This document shows, in pieces, positions 59,930 through 64,000 of a DNA stretch of 64,000 nt (positions are counted from its first letter, which is position 1; each line of letters opens with the position of its first letter). The translations under genes and the position numbers were made by a program. The notes under the pieces were generated by a model that was not told where the DNA came from, made no database searches, and was given only the letters and a program-made list of their open reading frames with translations. Origin of the DNA: Lama guanicoe (Eukaryota); the NCBI GenBank assembly GCA_013239625.1, contig MU053513.1, forward strand, positions 1,848,927-1,912,926, given 5' to 3'.

Positions 59930-62900
59930 ATATAAAAAATGAGATACATAAAATTTAGATATAATAAAATTCACCATTTTAAAGTGTACAATTCAGTAAT
60001 TCTTAGTGCACTCACAGAGTTATATAACATCACCTGCAGGATACTTTCATCACTCTAAAAAGAAACCCCATAACCATTAGCAGCCACTTTCTACTGTCTC
60101 CTCCCTCCTCCAGTCTGCAACCGCTAATCTACTTTTTGTAGATTTTGCCTATGAATTTGCCTATTCTAAACATTTCATATAAATGGAATTATACAGTATA
60201 TGACCTTTTGTGACTGGCTTCTTTCACTTACTATGTTTTTAAGATTCATCATGTTATAGCTTGTAACAACACTTCACTCCTTTTTACAGCTGAATAATAA
60301 TCCAATATTGATTCAGCGGTTTATGGACGTTTGGGTGGTTTCCACTTTTTGCCTATCATGAATAATGTTGCTGTGAACATTCATTAATATGTTTTTGTGC
60401 AAAATGTTTTCTTTTTCTTTGGTATATATCTAGGAGCAATATTCCTGGGTCATTTGGTAATTCTGTGTTTAACTTGTTAAGGAACTGTCAGACTTTTCCA
60501 AAGCAGCTACTCTCCAGCAGTGTCTGAGGGTACTAATTTCTCCATATCTTGTCAGTATATTTTATCTGTCTTTTTGTTACCTCCGTCCTGGTGGATTTGA
60601 AGTGATAACTCATTGTGGTTTTGCCTTGTATTTTCCTGATGGCTAATGATGTTGAGCATCTTTTCATGTGCTTATTGGCTATGTGTACATCTTTTTTACA
60701 GAAATATGTCTTCAAGTCCTTTGCTCATTTTTTAGATTGCTTGTCTTTTTATTAAGTTGTAAAGGTTCTTTACAGACAGATGATTTGCAGATATTTTCTC
60801 ATTCTGTAGGCTGTCTTTTCATTATCATGACAGAGTCCTTAGAAGCACAAAGGTTTAAATTTTGGTGATTCCAGTTTTCTGTATTTTTTCTTTGGTTGCT
60901 TGTTTCTTTTTAATTTTAATTTTTAAATTGTGCTAAAGCATACACAACAAAATTACCATCTTAAAATTTGAGTACAGTTGATTTACATTATTGTGTTACA
61001 CAGTTTCAGGTGTACAGCATAGTGATTCAATATTTTTGCAGATTATATTCTATCATAGGTTATTATAAGGATATAATTACCTGCACTATACAGTTATCCT
61101 TGTTTCTTATAGTAGTTTGTATCTATTAAATCTCATCCCTAATTTGTCACTCCCTCCTCCCCCTCTCCCATTTGGTAATGGCAAGTTTGTTTCCTATATC
61201 TGTGAGTCTGTTTTTGTTTTTCATTGATATTTATTTATATATTTTTTTAGATTCCACATATAAATTATATCATAGTATGTGTCTTTCTCTGTCTGGCTTA
61301 TTTCACTTGGCATAATGCCCTCCAAGTCTATACACGTTGCTGCAAATGGCAGTATTTCATTCTTTTTTATGGTTGGGTAGTATTCCATTGTGTGTGCACA
61401 CACCATATCTTAATCCAGTCACCTGTTTTTGGGCATTTGGTTTGCTTCCATGTTGTGGCTGTTGTAAATAGTGCTATGAACATTGGGGTGCATGTGTCTT
61501 TTTGAATTAGTGTTTTTGTTTTTTCTGGATATGTATCCAGGAGTCGAATTGCTGAATTGTCTGCTAGTTCTATTTTTAGTTTTTCAGGGACCCTCCATAC
61601 TATATTCCATAGTGGCTGCAGCAATTTACATTCCCACCAGCAGTGTACGAGGGTTCCCTTTTCTCCTCATCCTCTCCAAAATTTGTTGATTTGTAGACTT
61701 TTTGAGGATAGCCATTCCGACCGGTGTGAGGTGATACTTCATTGTAGATCAATGTTGTATAAGTTTTCAGAGTATATATGTCTTTCACTGCCTTGGTTCA
61801 TTTTATTCCTGGGTATTTTATTTTACTTTCTTTCAGATATTTCATTATTAGTGTACAGAAATGCAACAGATTTTTGTGTATTAGTCTTATATTCTGCAAC
61901 CTTGCTGAATTCAGTTAACTGAACCCAAAGGACTTTAGAGTTTTGACATAGAGTATCATGTCTGCACATAGTGACAGTTTTACCTCTTCCTTTCCAATTT
62001 GGATACCTTTTATTTTTTTCTTGCTTGATGCCATGGCTAGGATTTCCAATACTATGTTAAATAGGAACAGTGACAGAGGGCATCCTTGTAAAATTGACCA
62101 TTTTTAAAGTGTAAGTTTTTACTAGCATTAAGTACATTCACATTGTTGGGCAACCATCACTACCTTCCAGCTCCAGAACTCCTTTGATTTTGTAAAACTG
62201 AAACTATCCATTAAGCAGTAACGTTCCATTTTCCTCTTCCTCTAGTCCCTGAAAACCACTAATCTGTTTTCTACCTCTGTGAATTTGACTACTCTAGGTA
62301 CCAAACGGAAGTGGAATTATGTAGTGTTTGTCCTTGGTTGCTTGTGCTTTTAGAGTCATATATAAGAGACCACTGTCTAATCCAAGGTAACAGGACTTAC
62401 AGTTACTTTTCTTCAAAGGTTGTTATAATTTGAGCTCCTACATACTGGTCTTTGATTCATTTTGAGTTCTTTTTTTTTAAATGTGATCCAAAATAGGGGT
62501 TCAACTTTCCCTTGCATGTGGCTATCCAGTTGTTTTAGCATCATTTTTTGGAAAGATTATTATTACTCCCCCCCACCATGATATGTCTTGATACCCTTGT
62601 TGGAATAATTATCTTTAAATATAGAATCTACAGTTGTATCACTTCTTTGTTTTTTAGTATTAATAATTTATATATTTTTTCCTGATCAGTTTAACAAGAG
62701 ATTTATCCATTTTATTGATTTTTCTTAAAGAACCATCTTTTGGCTTATTGATTTTTCTCTTTTTCTGTTTTCAATTTCATTGACTTGTCATTATTTCCTT
62801 TCTTTTTTATATGGATTACATTCTTTTTTTCCCCTGGTTTCTTCAGGTGAACGCTGATACTGAGCTGAGTCTCCTGCCACTGCCCCCTTTTTTGGTCTAA

Positions 62901-63660
62901 TATGTTTGCTGCTGTAAATTTCCCTGTTAAGTACTGGTTTTGTTGCAAGCCACAGATGTTAATATGTTGTGTTTTTATTTTCATTTAGTTCTACTTTTCT
63001 CTAGTTTTTCCCTTCAATTCTCTTTGTCTTTGACTCATAGGATATTTAGAACCATGTTATTTATTTTGAGATATGTGGGAATTTTTGAGATAGACTTTTA
63101 GTATTGATTTCTAATTTTATTCCATCATGGTCACAATTTATATAACTTGAATCTTTTAAAAGTTATTGATTAATTATTCTTTCCAGTCAACCTTTTACAA
63201 ATAACCAAACTTCTTTTAAACTGTTTTTAAACCATTTACATTTGATACAGTTAGTTTAAATCTACTACCTTGCCATTGTTAGAAGTTTTTCCTATATGTC
63301 CTTTGTTTTCTTTTCTCTCTCTGTCTTCTTTTGGGTTGACTGTTTTTTCTTTTTTATATTTTATTTTATTTCCTTTGTTGGCTTATTAACTATCTTTTTA
63401 AAATAGTGTTTACTTTTAGGGTTCATAGTATACATCTTTAACTTAATGCAATGTATCTTGAAATTAGATTATGCAACTTCAGATACAGTATAAGAATCTT
63501 GTATTTCCCCACTTCCTGGTGGTTGTGTTCTTCTCTTTCATTGTTCACTGTCCTACACTGTCTGGTTTCCAGTATCTGAAAAACATTTTCATATATTTTG
63601 TCCAGATTTCTAGTTGTTTTGGATAGGAACATAAATCTCATTTCTGTTACCCTGTCTTGG
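59930..63660 (-). mobile_element. Nested block of several antisense L1 elements
   Basis: Three successive L1 3'-end sequences with flanking duplications (see findings); ORFs 60533, 61221, 61367 and 62745 translate to L1 ORF2/3' UTR-like peptides. Confidence 0.88.
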
Positions 63661-64000
63661 CCAGAAGTGGAAATTCCTTGGAATGATTTTAGATAAGAAA
63701 GTGACAGAAAATGTGCATTTTTGATCCGTCTCTAGAACATGCATTTGTAAGGGACAAGACTTAAAGTAGAGGGACCAATTACAAGGCAGGTGGGTTAATT
63801 CAAGTGAGAGATGGTGAAGGCCTTAAAGTTGATCATTGATGATGATGCTAGACAGGTGGGGAACAGTTTGAGCAATATGTAGGTTTACAGACTCATGCAG
63901 GGTTTCTAAAAGAATGGGTCATGAGCTATTTACATCTGAATTACTTGTAGTGTTTGATAAAATGAGGATTCTGTGCCCTGCCCCAACTTATTGAATCTGA

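Noticed and set aside
35400..64000. ZZZ3 coding exons or other internal exons
   Set aside because: No translated segment resembles ZZZ3; several pyrimidine-AG sites (e.g. 36792, 37624) lack convincing paired donors
1..64000. CRISPR array, prokaryotic defence system or operon
   Set aside because: The sequence is intron-exon mammalian DNA with no regularly spaced direct repeats or dense intact ORFs

Overview
AT-rich mammalian genomic DNA. The tRNA-derived SINE family (GGGGAGGGTATAGCTCAGTGGTAGAGTGCATGCTTAGCATGCATGAGG...) and artiodactyl-type L1 3' ends point to a camelid (alpaca/camel-like); this is inference. Positions 822-23219 hold the last 15 coding exons of the deubiquitinase USP33 on the + strand. 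All introns are GT-AG and the phases are consistent. The exons total 2022 nt (673 codons plus stop) and cover the USP domain from DAQEF onward, the His box and two DUSP domains. A 3' UTR of about 1 kb with three AATAAA signals follows. After a repeat-rich intergenic gap of about 10 kb, a CpG island (~34050-35380) carries two candidate non-coding first exons on the + strand, most likely the ZZZ3 promoter by conserved synteny. The rest of the window is a long, repeat-filled first intron with no recognisable coding exon. I found no CRISPR array, RNA gene or novel protein-coding system. The most interesting signals are regulatory or structural: a mirror-symmetric YY1 / 3x CGCG / YY1 promoter module feeding a GC-donor exon with a uORF, an E-box/Z-DNA/G4 cluster, USP33 alternative-splice switches, a dense inverted SINE cluster, an antisense-facing solo LTR and nested retroelements. 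Repeat family names come from recalled consensus sequences, not a database search, and boundaries without TSDs/TIRs are approximate.
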